This document shows positions 31,225 to 42,365 of a stretch of DNA of 64,000 nt, in pieces (within the stretch, counting starts at the first letter, position 1; every line of letters begins with the position of its first letter). This stretch comes from Thermodesulfobacteriota bacterium (GTDB lineage: Bacteria > Desulfobacterota_D > UBA1144). Below the pieces are notes generated by a model. The model worked only from the letters and a program-made list of their open reading frames with translations, did no database searches and was not told where the DNA came from. The position numbers and the translations under genes are program-made. The stretch spans positions 1 through 64,000 of the forward strand of contig JAYYZJ010000005.1 of NCBI GenBank assembly GCA_036340075.1, written 5' to 3'.

Positions 31225-32472
31225 TTATACTTGATCCATGTTTTTTATTATTGCATCACCAAATTCAGAACATTTAAGAAGATTCGCTCCTTCTATTTGT
31301 CTTTCTAAATCATAAGTAACATCTTTATCAAGTACGGTTTTTTCCATAGCCTTTACTATTAAATTTCCAACTTCTCTCCAACCAATATGTTCAAACATCA
31401 TAACACCTGACAAAATTACAGAACCTGGATTCACTTTGTCTTGTCCTGCATATTTGGGTGCTGTACCATGAGTTGCTTCAAACAATGCTATCTCGTCTCC
31501 TATATTTGCACCAGGGGCTAATCCTAAACCACCAACCTGAGCTGCACAAGCATCAGAAAAATAGTCACCATTTAAATTAGGTAAAGCTAAAACATCATAC
31601 TCGTCAGTTCTAGTTAAAATTTGTTGTAGCATGTTGTCTGCTATTCTGTCTTTAATAACAATCATTCCTTCAGGAACTTTACCATTATGCTTGTCCCACA
31701 AGTCGTCTTCACTTATAGTAACATCTGCAAATTCATCCTTTGCTAATTCATAACCCCAATCTTTAAATGCACCTTCAGTAAATTTCATTATATTGCCTTT
31801 GTGTACAAGTGTGACACTTTCTCTATTGTTATCGATTGCATACTGAACAGCTTTTCTTACTAAACGTTTTGTACCAAATGCACTTATTGGTTTGATTCCT
31901 ATGCCAGAAAGATCTCTTACGTTAGCACCAAGTTTATCTTGAAGATATTTAATTAATTCATTTGCTTCTTGCGTGTTGCTTTCATATTCAACTCCAGAAT
32001 ATACATCTTCAGTATTTTCTCTAAAAATAACCATGTCCATGTAATGTGGGTTTTTTACAGGTGAAGGTGTTCCTTCAATCCATCTAACAGGTCTAACACA
32101 AGCATACAAATCCATTATTTGCCTTAAAGATACATTAAGACTTCTTATTCCTCCTCCAACAGGAGTTGTAAGAGGTCCTTTTATTGAAACTAAATATTCG
32201 CTAATAACATCAGTAGTTTCTTGAGGTAACCATTCTTTTGTAATTTCTAATGCTTTTTCTCCAGCATAAACTTCTGCCCATGATATTTTTTTTGATCCTT
32301 TAAAAGTTTTTTCTACGGCGGCATCAAAGACTCTAACTGAAGCTCTCCATAAATCTGGACCTATCCCATCTCCCTCAATAAATGTAATTATTGGATTATC
32401 AGGAATATTATAAGTTCCATCCTGGTTAACTGTAATCTTGGCTCCGTCACTTGGTATTTTTACGTTTGACAT
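31225..32472 (-). CDS. icd: NADP-dependent isocitrate dehydrogenase
   Basis: [35 protein letters not shown] and [12 protein letters not shown]. Confidence 0.98.
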   Translation of the reverse strand: MSNVKIPSDGAKITVNQDGTYNIPDNPIITFIEGDGIGPDLWRASVRVFDAAVEKTFKGSKKISWAEVYAGEKALEITKEWLPQETTDVISEYLVSIKGPLTTPVGGGIRSLNVSLRQIMDLYACVRPVRWIEGTPSPVKNPHYMDMVIFRENTEDVYSGVEYESNTQEANELIKYLQDKLGANVRDLSGIGIKPISAFGTKRLVRKAVQYAIDNNRESVTLVHKGNIMKFTEGAFKDWGYELAKDEFADVTISEDDLWDKHNGKVPEGMIVIKDRIADNMLQQILTRTDEYDVLALPNLNGDYFSDACAAQVGGLGLAPGANIGDEIALFEATHGTAPKYAGQDKVNPGSVILSGVMMFEHIGWREVGNLIVKAMEKTVLDKDVTYDLERQIEGANLLKCSEFGDAIIKNMDQV

Positions 32473-32534
32473 GTCAATTCTCCCTGTAATTAGTACAATG
32501 AAAAATATAATAAATAAAAGGAAAAAATCAATTA

Positions 32535-35198
32535 TTAATTTGCTTTTTGCATTTGTCGTAGAACAGTTTGAAGTATTCCACCATTATAAAAGTATTCTAC
32601 TTCTACTAGTGAATCGAGCCTACAAAGAACTGTTATTTCTCTCTGGTTATCACTATTCTGAACTTTTACCGACAATTGAGAAAGTGGCTTCAAATCGCTT
32701 GAAATACCTGTTATTGTAAAAAATTCATCCCCTTTGATTTCATGAAATTCCGCATTTTCACCATCAATAAACTGTAGAGGTAAAACTCCCATTCCAACCA
32801 AATTACTTCTGTGGATTCGTTCAAAACTTTCTGCTATTACGGCTTTAACTCCTAAAAGCATAGTCCCTTTTGCAGCCCAATCTCTGGAACTACCTGTTCC
32901 ATATTCTTTTCCTGCTATGACAATTAAAGGAGTCTTAGTTTCTTTATAGCTCATCGCTGCATCATAAATTGGTAAAGTTTCATTTGTATCAAAGAACCTT
33001 GTAAAGCCTCCTTCAACATCTTCTAACAATTTGTTCTTTATTCTAATATTTGCGAAAGTTCCTCTCATCATTACTTCATGATTTCCTCTTCTTGACCCAT
33101 AACTATTAAAATCTTTAGGGTCGACTCCTCTATTAGTTAAATATCTTCCTGCGGGTGTATCTTCAGTAAAAGAACCAGCTGGTGATATGTGATCTGTAGT
33201 AATTGAGTCACCTAAGTATGCTAGAACTCTTGCATTCTCAATATCTGGCACTTTTGGCAAGTCATTTGAAAATTCATCAAAGAAACCTGGCTTCTGTATA
33301 TAAGTCGACTTTGTATTCCATTCGTAAATTGAACCCTTAGGAACAGAAATCGACTCCCATCTTTTGTCACCAATAAAAATGTTGTTGTATCGATTAACAA
33401 AAGTGTCAGGAAGAATTGAACTATTAACTGTTTCTCTGATTTCATCATTGCTTGGCCATATATCTTTCAAATAAACATTTGATCCATCAGTTGATGTTCC
33501 TATTTTTTCTTCATAAAAATTAATATCAATAGTTCCAGCTAATGCGTAAGCAACAACTAGTGGTGGGGAGCCAAGATAAGACAATCTAATTAATGGATGC
33601 ACTCTCCCTTCAAAATTTCTGTTACCACTTGAAACTGCTGCAACATGCAAGGAATTGTCTGTAATTGGTTTCGCCACTTCATCTGGCAAAGGACCACTGT
33701 TGCCTATACATGTTGTGCAACCAAAACCAACGGTTTTAAATCCAATATCAGATAAGCTTTTAAGCAATCCAGCATTCTCTAAGTAATCAACAACAACTTT
33801 TGATCCTGGCGCTAAACTAGTTTTTACATAAGAAGGCACTTGTAATCCTAACTCTGTTGCTTTCTTAGCAACTAAGCCTGCTGTAATCATTACGTAGGGA
33901 TTTGAAGTATTTGTACAGCTTGTTATTGCTGCTAAAACTACTGAGCCGTTACGTATTGACTCGCTTGAATCTTCAATTTCAAAATTATCATCATTAGTAA
34001 TTTGTCTTGATTTCAACTCTTGCTTTAAATTGCTTTTCATTTCTGACAAAAGAATTCTATCTTGAGGTCTCTTTGGTCCAGCAAGAGCTGGTTGAACCGA
34101 TTCAAGATTTAAATATAATGTTTTTGAATATTCTGGGTCTTGGCTTGAGGCATCTCTAAAACTATTTTGATTTTTATAATATTTTTCTACTAACTCAATT
34201 TCCTCGTCAGTTCTGCCAGTTAATTTTAAATAATTTAATGCTTCTTGATCCACAGGAAAAAACCCCATAGTTGCACCATATTCAGGAGCCATATTTGCAA
34301 TTGTTGCTCTATCCGGTAGCGGCAGATTATCCAAACCAGGGCCATAAAATTCAACAAATTTACCAACAACGCCTTCTTGTCTAAGCATTTCAGTAATATT
34401 TAGAACTAAATCAGTCGCGGTAACTCCTTCGCATAAATTTCCTTCCAACTTAAATCCTACAACATCAGGGATTAAAAAATATAAAGGCTGTCCTAGCATA
34501 GCTGCTTCTGCTTCAATCCCACCTACTCCCCATCCAAGAACACTAATCCCATTAATCATTGTTGTATGCGAATCTGTTCCAACTAAAGTATCAGGTATAC
34601 AAACTTCTTGATTGTCTTGATTAACTTTTTGAACCAATTTGGCAAGGTATTCCAAATTAACCTGGTGAACTATTCCATTTCCAGGGGGGACGGCTCTAAA
34701 ATTAGTAAAAGCTTCTTGTGCCCATCTTAAAAAAGAATATCTTTCTTGATTTCTTTCAAACTCAAGCTTTGTATTCAATGAGAGAGAATCTTGCTCTCTG
34801 AAATAATCAACTTGTACTGAATGGTCAATCACTAAATCTACTGGAACTAATGGATTAATAGAATCAGTTTTTCCACCTAGTTTGTTGACAATGTCTCTCA
34901 TAGCAGCCAAGTCAGCAACACAAGGAACACCAGTAAAATCTTGCAATACCACTCTAGAAGGTTTAAATGGTATTTCAAATTTTTCATTATTATTAGCAAT
35001 GAATTTTTTAATTAGTTCTTCTTTAACAATTTTGTTATCAAAATTTCTAATTAGATTTTCAAGAAGAACTCTGAGGGAATATGGCATTAATTTTAAGTCA
35101 AAAGACAAATCTTCCGATAATTTAGGTAATGAATAAAAAGAAAACTTTTTTCCATCATCAGAAAGCTCTTTAGTTACCAAATAATCACTTTTATTCAT
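32535..35198 (-). CDS. acnA: Aconitate hydratase A
   Basis: [33 protein letters not shown] and [10 protein letters not shown]. Confidence 0.98.
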   Translation of the reverse strand: MNKSDYLVTKELSDDGKKFSFYSLPKLSEDLSFDLKLMPYSLRVLLENLIRNFDNKIVKEELIKKFIANNNEKFEIPFKPSRVVLQDFTGVPCVADLAAMRDIVNKLGGKTDSINPLVPVDLVIDHSVQVDYFREQDSLSLNTKLEFERNQERYSFLRWAQEAFTNFRAVPPGNGIVHQVNLEYLAKLVQKVNQDNQEVCIPDTLVGTDSHTTMINGISVLGWGVGGIEAEAAMLGQPLYFLIPDVVGFKLEGNLCEGVTATDLVLNITEMLRQEGVVGKFVEFYGPGLDNLPLPDRATIANMAPEYGATMGFFPVDQEALNYLKLTGRTDEEIELVEKYYKNQNSFRDASSQDPEYSKTLYLNLESVQPALAGPKRPQDRILLSEMKSNLKQELKSRQITNDDNFEIEDSSESIRNGSVVLAAITSCTNTSNPYVMITAGLVAKKATELGLQVPSYVKTSLAPGSKVVVDYLENAGLLKSLSDIGFKTVGFGCTTCIGNSGPLPDEVAKPITDNSLHVAAVSSGNRNFEGRVHPLIRLSYLGSPPLVVAYALAGTIDINFYEEKIGTSTDGSNVYLKDIWPSNDEIRETVNSSILPDTFVNRYNNIFIGDKRWESISVPKGSIYEWNTKSTYIQKPGFFDEFSNDLPKVPDIENARVLAYLGDSITTDHISPAGSFTEDTPAGRYLTNRGVDPKDFNSYGSRRGNHEVMMRGTFANIRIKNKLLEDVEGGFTRFFDTNETLPIYDAAMSYKETKTPLIVIAGKEYGTGSSRDWAAKGTMLLGVKAVIAESFERIHRSNLVGMGVLPLQFIDGENAEFHEIKGDEFFTITGISSDLKPLSQLSVKVQNSDNQREITVLCRLDSLVEVEYFYNGGILQTVLRQMQKAN

Positions 35199-35204
35199 CT
35201 ATAA

Positions 35205-35660
35205 TTACCTTTCAGCAAAATTAATCTTTTCAATTTGTTTAATTTTATCAAGTCTAGATTCATGTCTTCCGGATTCATAATCAGTCGTTAGCCAAAGTTC
35301 AATAATGTTTTTAGCAACGTCTGCTGAAACATATTTAGCACCTAACGTAATAATATTAGAATCATTATGTGATCTAGACATTATTGCTATATTTACGTCA
35401 TTAGCTACTACCGCTCTAATATTTAAATATTTATTTGCAACTATATTCATACCGCAACCAGAGGCACATATTAAAATTCCTCTTTGATATTGATTTTGAG
35501 AAACTCTTTTTGCAACCTCGGAAGCAGAGTCTGGATAATCAAATGCATCTTCCGAATATGTTCCAAAATCTTTATATTCGAATTTTAATTTTTCTAAATA
35601 TTCTTTTATCTCTTCCTTAAGGAAGAATCCTCTATGGTCAGAACCAATAGCAATTTTCAT
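35205..35660 (-). CDS. rpiB: Ribose-5-phosphate isomerase B
   Basis: IGSDHRG, DYPD, ICASGCG, SHND.N and GRH..R. Confidence 0.95.
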   Translation of the reverse strand: MKIAIGSDHRGFFLKEEIKEYLEKLKFEYKDFGTYSEDAFDYPDSASEVAKRVSQNQYQRGILICASGCGMNIVANKYLNIRAVVANDVNIAIMSRSHNDSNIITLGAKYVSADVAKNIIELWLTTDYESGRHESRLDKIKQIEKINFAER

Positions 35661-35661
35661 T

Positions 35662-36897
35662 TTACTCCTCGAATTTTTTAAAAACTAAAGTACAGTTTGT
35701 TCCACCAAAACCAAAAGAATTACTTACTACAACTTTAATATCTTTCTCAATGGAAACATGAGGAACATAATTAAGGTCGCATCCTTCTTGAGGATTGTCT
35801 AAATTTATAGTTGGAGGAACTACTCCTTCGTGTATAGCCATCGAACAGATACCTGCCTCAATACCTCCAGCAGCTCCTAAAAGATGACCAGTTATTGATT
35901 TTGTAGAACTAACAAGAAGGTCTTTAGAATGTGAATTAAAAACTTCCTTTATAGCATTAGTCTCATTAATATCATTCTGTTGAGTAGAGGTTCCATGAGC
36001 ATTTATGTAATCAACTTCATCGTAATTAATTTTAGAATTTCTTAAAGCAGAATTCATACAAATAACTGGGCCTTCTATCGAAGGTGAAGTTATATGATGT
36101 GCATCTCCACTCATACCAGAACTAAGAAGTTCAGCATAAATAGTAGCACCTCTCTTTTTTGCATGATTTAACTCTTCAAGTATTACAAGTCCTGAGCCCT
36201 CAGACATTACAAATCCGTCTCTATCAGCATCGAAGGGTCTTGAAGCTCCTTTTGGATTATCATTTCTTGTTGATATTGCTCTCATAACATTAAAACCTGA
36301 TATTGCTACATGTACCAAAGGTGCCTCAGCACCACCTGCAACCATTGCGGTTGCATCCCCTCTTTCAATCATCATAGCCGCATAAGCAATAGCATGAGCT
36401 CCAGCGGCACATGCTGTAGCAGTAGCGCAATTAGGACCTTTTAAATTGTTAAAAATTGAAACATAACCTGCGGCCATATTGGGCACCATTGAAGGGACAA
36501 AAAATGGTGAAACTCTGGAAGGACCCTTGTCTTTGTAAACAACTACATTGTCTACAAAAGTTTGAATACCACCTATGCCTGAACCTATATAAGAACCTAT
36601 TAGATGAGAATTTTTTTCAGTTATTTCTAGACCAGAATCTTTAAGTGCCATTGAAGCAGCTGCTGCTGCATAACAGATAAACACATCGCTTCTTCTAGCT
36701 TCCTTTGGATCCATAAAGTCTTCTGCATTAAAATCGGAGGGAACCTCTCCCCCAAATTTAGTCTTTAAATCAGAAGCATCAATCCTTTTTAGAAAATCAA
36801 TCCCTGAAATTCCTTCTTTAACTTTTGGCCACACCTCCTCTTTCCCAATTCCAAGAGAGGAAAGCATGCCTACACCTGTCACTACTACTCTATTCAT
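35662..36897 (-). CDS. fabF: 3-oxoacyl-ACP synthase II
   Basis: TACAAG, INAHGTST, TGHLLGAAG and NSFGFGGTN. Confidence 0.97.
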   Translation of the reverse strand: MNRVVVTGVGMLSSLGIGKEEVWPKVKEGISGIDFLKRIDASDLKTKFGGEVPSDFNAEDFMDPKEARRSDVFICYAAAAASMALKDSGLEITEKNSHLIGSYIGSGIGGIQTFVDNVVVYKDKGPSRVSPFFVPSMVPNMAAGYVSIFNNLKGPNCATATACAAGAHAIAYAAMMIERGDATAMVAGGAEAPLVHVAISGFNVMRAISTRNDNPKGASRPFDADRDGFVMSEGSGLVILEELNHAKKRGATIYAELLSSGMSGDAHHITSPSIEGPVICMNSALRNSKINYDEVDYINAHGTSTQQNDINETNAIKEVFNSHSKDLLVSSTKSITGHLLGAAGGIEAGICSMAIHEGVVPPTINLDNPQEGCDLNYVPHVSIEKDIKVVVSNSFGFGGTNCTLVFKKFEE

Positions 36898-36899
36898 TA

Positions 36900-37139
36900 T
36901 TATTTCTTATTTTTTTCTATGTAATTAATGGCATCACTTACTTTTAATATTTTTTCAGCATCTTCATCCGCTATCTCAACACCAAATTCATCTTCCATGC
37001 TCATTATCAACTCGACAAGGTCTAATGAGTCTGCGCCTAAATCCTCTATAAATTGAGAATCAAGAGTAACTTCGCTCTCGTCTTTTCCTAGCTGTTCAGC
37101 AATCATTGTAATTACTTTTCCTTTAATTTCGTCTGACAT
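36900..37139 (-). CDS. acpP: Acyl carrier protein
   Basis: [14 protein letters not shown] phosphopantetheine site. Confidence 0.98.
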   Translation of the reverse strand: MSDEIKGKVITMIAEQLGKDESEVTLDSQFIEDLGADSLDLVELIMSMEDEFGVEIADEDAEKILKVSDAINYIEKNKK

Positions 37140-37150
37140 ATATGTCCTCC

Positions 37151-37891
37151 TTAGGTGTAAAGACCACCATTAATCTTTAATATCTCTCCAGTTATATATG
37201 ATGAATCATCTGAAGCTAAAAACAATACGGCTTTTGCAACATCTTCCGGTATACCAAATCTTGACAAAGGAATAATCTCTTTATACTTTTCTTTTATTGC
37301 ATCAGGAAGAACATCTGTTATATCAGTTTCGATAAATCCTGGGCTAATAGCATTAACATTAATATTTTTAGAACCCAACTCCTTTGCTAAAGATTTAGTG
37401 AATCCCATGATAGCTGACTTGGTAGATGAATAATTAACTTGTCCTGGGTTTCCCATTTCGCCTACCACAGATGTTATATTTATTATTTTTCCATACTGAT
37501 TTTTAATCATTGATCTAACAACATTTTTTGTACAGTTGTATACTCCTTTAGTGTTTACTTCAAACACTTCGTCCCATTGCTCTTCTTTCATTCTCATAAA
37601 AAGAGAATCTCTAGTTATTCCTGCATTATTAATCAAGATATCAATCTTTTCATATTTTTCCAAAATGTATTTGATTTTATCTTCTACTTCTTTCGTATTG
37701 GCAACGTTAAAATTCAGTATCTCACCTGAGCCACCTGAATCCTTAAGAGTACTTAAAACTTCTTTGGCAGAATCTTCAGAATTTCCATAATTGATAATTA
37801 TCGTTGCTCCTGCTTTAGCAAGTTCAAGACAAATCGCCCTACCTATACCTCTAGATCCACCTGTTACTAATGCGATTTTTCCTTCAAGCAT
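37151..37891 (-). CDS. fabG: 3-oxoacyl-ACP reductase
   Basis: [16 protein letters not shown] and YSSTK. Sits in the fab cluster. Confidence 0.97.
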   Translation of the reverse strand: MLEGKIALVTGGSRGIGRAICLELAKAGATIIINYGNSEDSAKEVLSTLKDSGGSGEILNFNVANTKEVEDKIKYILEKYEKIDILINNAGITRDSLFMRMKEEQWDEVFEVNTKGVYNCTKNVVRSMIKNQYGKIINITSVVGEMGNPGQVNYSSTKSAIMGFTKSLAKELGSKNINVNAISPGFIETDITDVLPDAIKEKYKEIIPLSRFGIPEDVAKAVLFLASDDSSYITGEILKINGGLYT

Positions 37892-37893
37892 AA

Positions 37894-38808
37894 TTATATT
37901 TTGTCCAAATCGGCTTTTTCACCGAAATTTAAAACTTGGCAATCTGGGACTATTCTTTTAATCAGCCCTGATAAAACATTTTTTGGTCCAACTTCCAGAA
38001 AAGATTTAACTCCTAGATTCTTGTTTAGATAATTTATTGATTGATGCCATAGGACTGGACTAACCAATTGATCCAGGAGAAGATCTTTAATCTTGTCTTT
38101 GTCATCCATAGTTTTAGCATTAAAATTGGAAACCATGGGAATTTTAAAATCGAGAAAATTAACCGAATCTAAAACAACTTGCATTTTATCAACTGCTGAT
38201 TTCATTAGTTCAGAATGAAAAGGAGCGCTTATATCTAGTAGAACGACTCTCTTTGCTCCTGCTTTTTTTGCTAAATCAGCTGCTTTCTCTACTGCCATTT
38301 TGACTCCTGAAATTACTACTTGTCCAATACTATTGTAATTTGCAGGTGCTACATAAGATTGGTCATTCGATGCTTCTTTACAAATTTCATTTACTTGCTC
38401 GTCTGGCAAACCTAAAACTGCAGCCATACCACCTACTCCAACTGGAACAGCTTCTTGAGTATATTCACCTCTTTTTCGTACTGCCCAAATCGCATCCTCA
38501 AAATTAAGTGATCCAGATGCTACTAAAGCTGAATACTCACCAAGGCTATGGCCAGCTACGAAACATGGTTTGATATCTTTTATAGATGTTAGAACTCTAT
38601 GGGCTGCTGTACTTACAGTTAATATAGCAGGTTGTGCATTTACAGTTAAATGAACCTCTTCACTTTCGAAGCACAATTTTTTCATATCAATTCCTAATTT
38701 TTCACTTGCTTGAGCAAAAGTAATCCTTGCCTCTTCAAAGTTTTCATATAAATCTTTTCCCATTCCTACATACTGGGAACCTTGTCCTGGAAAAACTAAA
38801 GCTAACAT
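37894..38808 (-). CDS. fabD: Malonyl CoA-ACP transacylase
   Basis: FPGQGSQ, GHSLGEY and SAPFHS. Confidence 0.97.
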   Translation of the reverse strand: MLALVFPGQGSQYVGMGKDLYENFEEARITFAQASEKLGIDMKKLCFESEEVHLTVNAQPAILTVSTAAHRVLTSIKDIKPCFVAGHSLGEYSALVASGSLNFEDAIWAVRKRGEYTQEAVPVGVGGMAAVLGLPDEQVNEICKEASNDQSYVAPANYNSIGQVVISGVKMAVEKAADLAKKAGAKRVVLLDISAPFHSELMKSAVDKMQVVLDSVNFLDFKIPMVSNFNAKTMDDKDKIKDLLLDQLVSPVLWHQSINYLNKNLGVKSFLEVGPKNVLSGLIKRIVPDCQVLNFGEKADLDKI

Positions 38809-38842
38809 TTAAGTGCTCCTTTATTTTTTATCATATTAGTTA

Positions 38843-39007
38843 TCAATTCTTTCTAGAATTTTGGTATTCCTCAATCGATCTAAATCTATGAGAAATTTTG
38901 AGTTCTCCGGATTTTTTATCTTTAGAAAGTCCACTTAAAGTAATTTTTTGGTGATTTCTTCTCTTTCTAACTTTAGATTTTGAAGTTTTTCTTTTTGGTA
39001 CTGCCAT
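38843..39007 (-). CDS. rpmF: 50S ribosomal protein L32 (cysteine-free)
   Basis: MAVPKRKTSKSKVRKRRNH, start at 39007 with an AAAGGA SD. Lies upstream of the fab genes. Confidence 0.93.
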   Translation of the reverse strand: MAVPKRKTSKSKVRKRRNHQKITLSGLSKDKKSGELKISHRFRSIEEYQNSRKN

Positions 39008-39045
39008 AATAATGTCCTTTAATTTGGTATTATAGGGCAAAATTA

Positions 39046-40557
39046 TTATTTTACAACTTGCAATAACTTTCTTGTGATTTCGTGAGATGGAGAGGTAAAA
39101 ACTTCCTCAGTATTACCCATTTCTACTATTAATCCTTCAGATAATACAAGTACTTTTTCACATAAATCCTCTATTAATCTATAATCATGTGTTATGAACA
39201 AAACTGTAAAATTTTTACTTCTTAATAATTCCTTAATAATTGAGATTATCTCTATCTGTGATTTAACATCCAATGAAGACATTGGTTCATCAAATACAAT
39301 GAATTCAGGATTCGACAATATAGCTTTTAAGATTAATATTTTTTGCCTCTGTCCACCGCTTAAGGTAGATGGAAATTGATTTAAAATTTCAATAGGCAGC
39401 CTTATTTTAGAAAGATTATTTTTAATAATTTCCTTTTTTTCATTAGAATTATATTTTTCAATATTAAAAAATGAATCTAAAAGTATATTCTGAATCTTCC
39501 TTTTTGGATTCAAAGAACCGAGTAAATCTTGAAAAACAATTTGAGCCTTATGTGAATAATCTTTACTGCTAATTTGATTTATATTTTTACCATTATATAG
39601 AATCTCTCCCGAACTAGGAACTAGCAACTTAGTTATTAACTTTGAAATTGTACTTTTTCCTGAACCACTAAGACCTATTAAGCCTACAGCTTCTCCTTTA
39701 TTTAAAGAAAAGTTTAGATTGTTTAATATCAATTCTTTCTCTTTATCAAACTTAAAAGAAATATTATTTAGATTTATGAGTTCAGTTCTTGAATTAACTA
39801 TTTCTTCTACTTCTGGAAGATTATTTCTTGCTAGTGATCTAGAGTCATCATAGTATCTTCTAATTTCAAAAACATTTTTATATTTTATTATTTTTTTATC
39901 TTTAACCTCATAACATTCGCTAGAATAATTGGAAACTATTCTTGGGTCATGAGTAATAATTAGTATTGTAAGTTGTCTATTGGTTGAGATTTTAACTAAT
40001 AAGTCCAAAATAAGTTTTTCATTTACTGCATCTAAAGATGATGTCGCCTCATCTGCTATTAACATTTCTGGATTATTTTGAAGGGAAAGAGCTATTAAAA
40101 CTCTTTGAGCCATACCTCCGCTAAGTTCATGAGGAAACTTTTTTAATAAAATATCTATTTCGTGAAAACCAACTTCTAATAAGAGATTAGTTGCAATTTT
40201 TTTAACTTCGGAATCATTAAGTTTGTTTTTTGCATTCGTTTCGAAATGCTTTAAAACAGTAAGAGTAGGATTTAATGATGACAAAGGCTCCTGTGGTATA
40301 TAGGATATATTTTTTTCATATCTATCTACGATTTCTTGACCGTTGTATTTAAATGACTTAAATTTCTTTTTTGCATTATATAGAAATTCTTTTGACATTA
40401 AAGAATATGCAAACAATGATTTTCCTGAACCGCTTTCTCCTACAATCGATACTATCTTCCCTTTTTCAATACTAAAATTAGAGTCTTTGAGTAAAACTTT
40501 ATCCTCAGCTTCTAAAGATGTCAGGATTAGAGATTCAACTTCCAGTAGATTAACCAT
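39046..40557 (-). CDS. Fused dual-domain ABC ATPase (DppD/DppF-like)
   Basis: Two Walker A motifs (GESGSGKS, GLSGSGKS), two signature motifs (LSGGMAQR, LSGGQRQK) and FITHD. Confidence 0.9.
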   Translation of the reverse strand: MVNLLEVESLILTSLEAEDKVLLKDSNFSIEKGKIVSIVGESGSGKSLFAYSLMSKEFLYNAKKKFKSFKYNGQEIVDRYEKNISYIPQEPLSSLNPTLTVLKHFETNAKNKLNDSEVKKIATNLLLEVGFHEIDILLKKFPHELSGGMAQRVLIALSLQNNPEMLIADEATSSLDAVNEKLILDLLVKISTNRQLTILIITHDPRIVSNYSSECYEVKDKKIIKYKNVFEIRRYYDDSRSLARNNLPEVEEIVNSRTELINLNNISFKFDKEKELILNNLNFSLNKGEAVGLIGLSGSGKSTISKLITKLLVPSSGEILYNGKNINQISSKDYSHKAQIVFQDLLGSLNPKRKIQNILLDSFFNIEKYNSNEKKEIIKNNLSKIRLPIEILNQFPSTLSGGQRQKILILKAILSNPEFIVFDEPMSSLDVKSQIEIISIIKELLRSKNFTVLFITHDYRLIEDLCEKVLVLSEGLIVEMGNTEEVFTSPSHEITRKLLQVVK

Positions 40558-40610
40558 ATAAATTAAATCTTAGTTTATTTCCTACTAATATAAAAGTGTA
40601 TAATTGTTTT

Positions 40611-41081
40611 ATGGAGAATTTATTCAAAAAGATTCTTATGGCTGGTCTTGTTTTAGTTGTCGGGTCAACTCTGGTCTTTGTTTACTTAAATCACATTAAA
40701 GCAGTAAAAATTGAAGCTAACTTAGAAGTAAATAGTTTGATTCAGAAAGAAACCTTCAAAAATAGAGATGAAGTACTTTCTTATATTAAAAAATCTGAAT
40801 CAAAAAAATACAGTAATTCTTCATACTTGCTACCTTTGCTTTCTAGCAACTATTTTCTTAAAATTAATAACAAAGAAACTGCTCTAGAAATTTTGAAAAA
40901 TATTTCTAATTCAGAATCTCCTCTCATTAATGACTTAGCTTTTTCTTTACAAAGCAGAATTTATGCAGAGATGGATATTTGCGACAAATCGAGAGATTCT
41001 TTTAAGAAGATTAATTCTTATAATTCAATAGCAACAGATACAAGAACTTATATAGGAAAATGCTTGGAGGTATTGAACTAA
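40611..41081 (+). CDS. Membrane-anchored helical hypothetical protein (TPR/YfgM-like)
   Basis: Single N-terminal TM followed by a helical-repeat-like region. The family call is tentative. Confidence 0.5.
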   Translation: MENLFKKILMAGLVLVVGSTLVFVYLNHIKAVKIEANLEVNSLIQKETFKNRDEVLSYIKKSESKKYSNSSYLLPLLSSNYFLKINNKETALEILKNISNSESPLINDLAFSLQSRIYAEMDICDKSRDSFKKINSYNSIATDTRTYIGKCLEVLN

Positions 41082-41431
41082 TGTTTCTATACATTTTAAT
41101 TGGAATTGCTGGCGGTTTTATGAGTGGGTTTATGGGTATAGGTGGTGGTCTAATTATGGTTCCATTGTTAGTGATATTGGCAAAATTTACTCAACATATG
41201 GCTCAAGGAACATCTTTAGCTGTTCTTACCTTGCCAGTTGTGATTTTTGGAGCATACCAATATTATCAAGAAGGTAATATAAACATGAATGCCGCAATAA
41301 CAATAGCTATTTTCTTTTGTATTGGCATATTTCTAGGTTCAAAGACTGCTCATATGCTTTCTTCAGAGAATTTAAAAATTATATTTGGTTTTTTGATGAT
41401 TTTTATTGGAATTAGAATGATAATCAATTAG
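41081..41431 (+). CDS. TauE/SafE (TSUP) family permease, half-size
   Basis: GFMSGFMGIGGGLIMVP and QHMAQGTSLA motifs. TAATG coupling to the upstream gene. Confidence 0.85.
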   Translation: MFLYILIGIAGGFMSGFMGIGGGLIMVPLLVILAKFTQHMAQGTSLAVLTLPVVIFGAYQYYQEGNINMNAAITIAIFFCIGIFLGSKTAHMLSSENLKIIFGFLMIFIGIRMIIN

Positions 41432-42365
41432 AAGTGAAACAATCACAATACTTAATTAAATCTTCCTTGTTCTTAAACCAAATCATTTCTTTATCTTTTT
41501 TCAACCAAGTTAATTGTCTTTTAGCAAATCGTCTAGTGTTAGTTTTTATTTTTTCTATAGCTTCATCTTTAGTTAAATCTCCCTTAAAATATGAGCATAT
41601 TTCCTTATATCCTATAGAACCAAGCGGCTTAATGTTGTAGCCAAAGGATTCAATTAAAGCATCAACTTCATCAAAAAGTCCTTCTGATATCATTTCATCG
41701 ACTCTAGCATTTATTAATTCATCCAACTTACTTTTAGAAATTAAAAGAGCAACCTTAATAATTTCACAATCTTTAAGGGGAATTTGTTCTTCTTCTGCAA
41801 ACAACTCTGATGGAAGTCTGCCAGTTAGTTGATTTATTTCTAAAAATCTAATTATTCTTTGACTATCATTGGAACTTATTTTTTTTGCTTGAACTGGGTC
41901 AATATCTCTGAGCTTATTGTACATATGCTCTATCCCATTAGAATTTAGCTCTTCCAATAATTTATTTCTATCTAATTCATTTTTAGATAAATCGGAAATC
42001 AGACCATCTACTAATGCTTTAATGTAGAGCTGTGTTCCTCCTGAAATAATCAATTTGTCTTTACTAGATAAATCTATTACTTCCCTAGCAATTTGCATAT
42101 ATTCCCATGCGTTAAAATCCTGATCTGGCTCTATTATATCAACAAGGTGATGTCGTATCTCGCTCATTATATTCTTTGGAGGCTTACCTGTACCTATGTC
42201 AAACTTTTTATAAACATGCATTGAGTCTGCTGAAACAATCTCTGTTTTGTATCTTTTTGCTAATTCAATAGAAATAGTTGTTTTACCACTTGAGGTAGGC
42301 CCAGTTAGTATTATAATTTTTTTTTCGTTTATTTTATTCTCGGAAATCTTCAATGTTCTTATCAA
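41424..42365 (-). CDS. miaA: tRNA dimethylallyltransferase
   Basis: GPTSSGKT, SADSMHVY, DIGTGKP, GGTQLY and TRRFAKRQLTW. The start is uncertain (TTG at 42365 or 42353, overlapping pnp). Confidence 0.96.
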   Translation of the reverse strand: MIRTLKISENKINEKKIIILTGPTSSGKTTISIELAKRYKTEIVSADSMHVYKKFDIGTGKPPKNIMSEIRHHLVDIIEPDQDFNAWEYMQIAREVIDLSSKDKLIISGGTQLYIKALVDGLISDLSKNELDRNKLLEELNSNGIEHMYNKLRDIDPVQAKKISSNDSQRIIRFLEINQLTGRLPSELFAEEEQIPLKDCEIIKVALLISKSKLDELINARVDEMISEGLFDEVDALIESFGYNIKPLGSIGYKEICSYFKGDLTKDEAIEKIKTNTRRFAKRQLTWLKKDKEMIWFKNKEDLIKYCDCFTSN

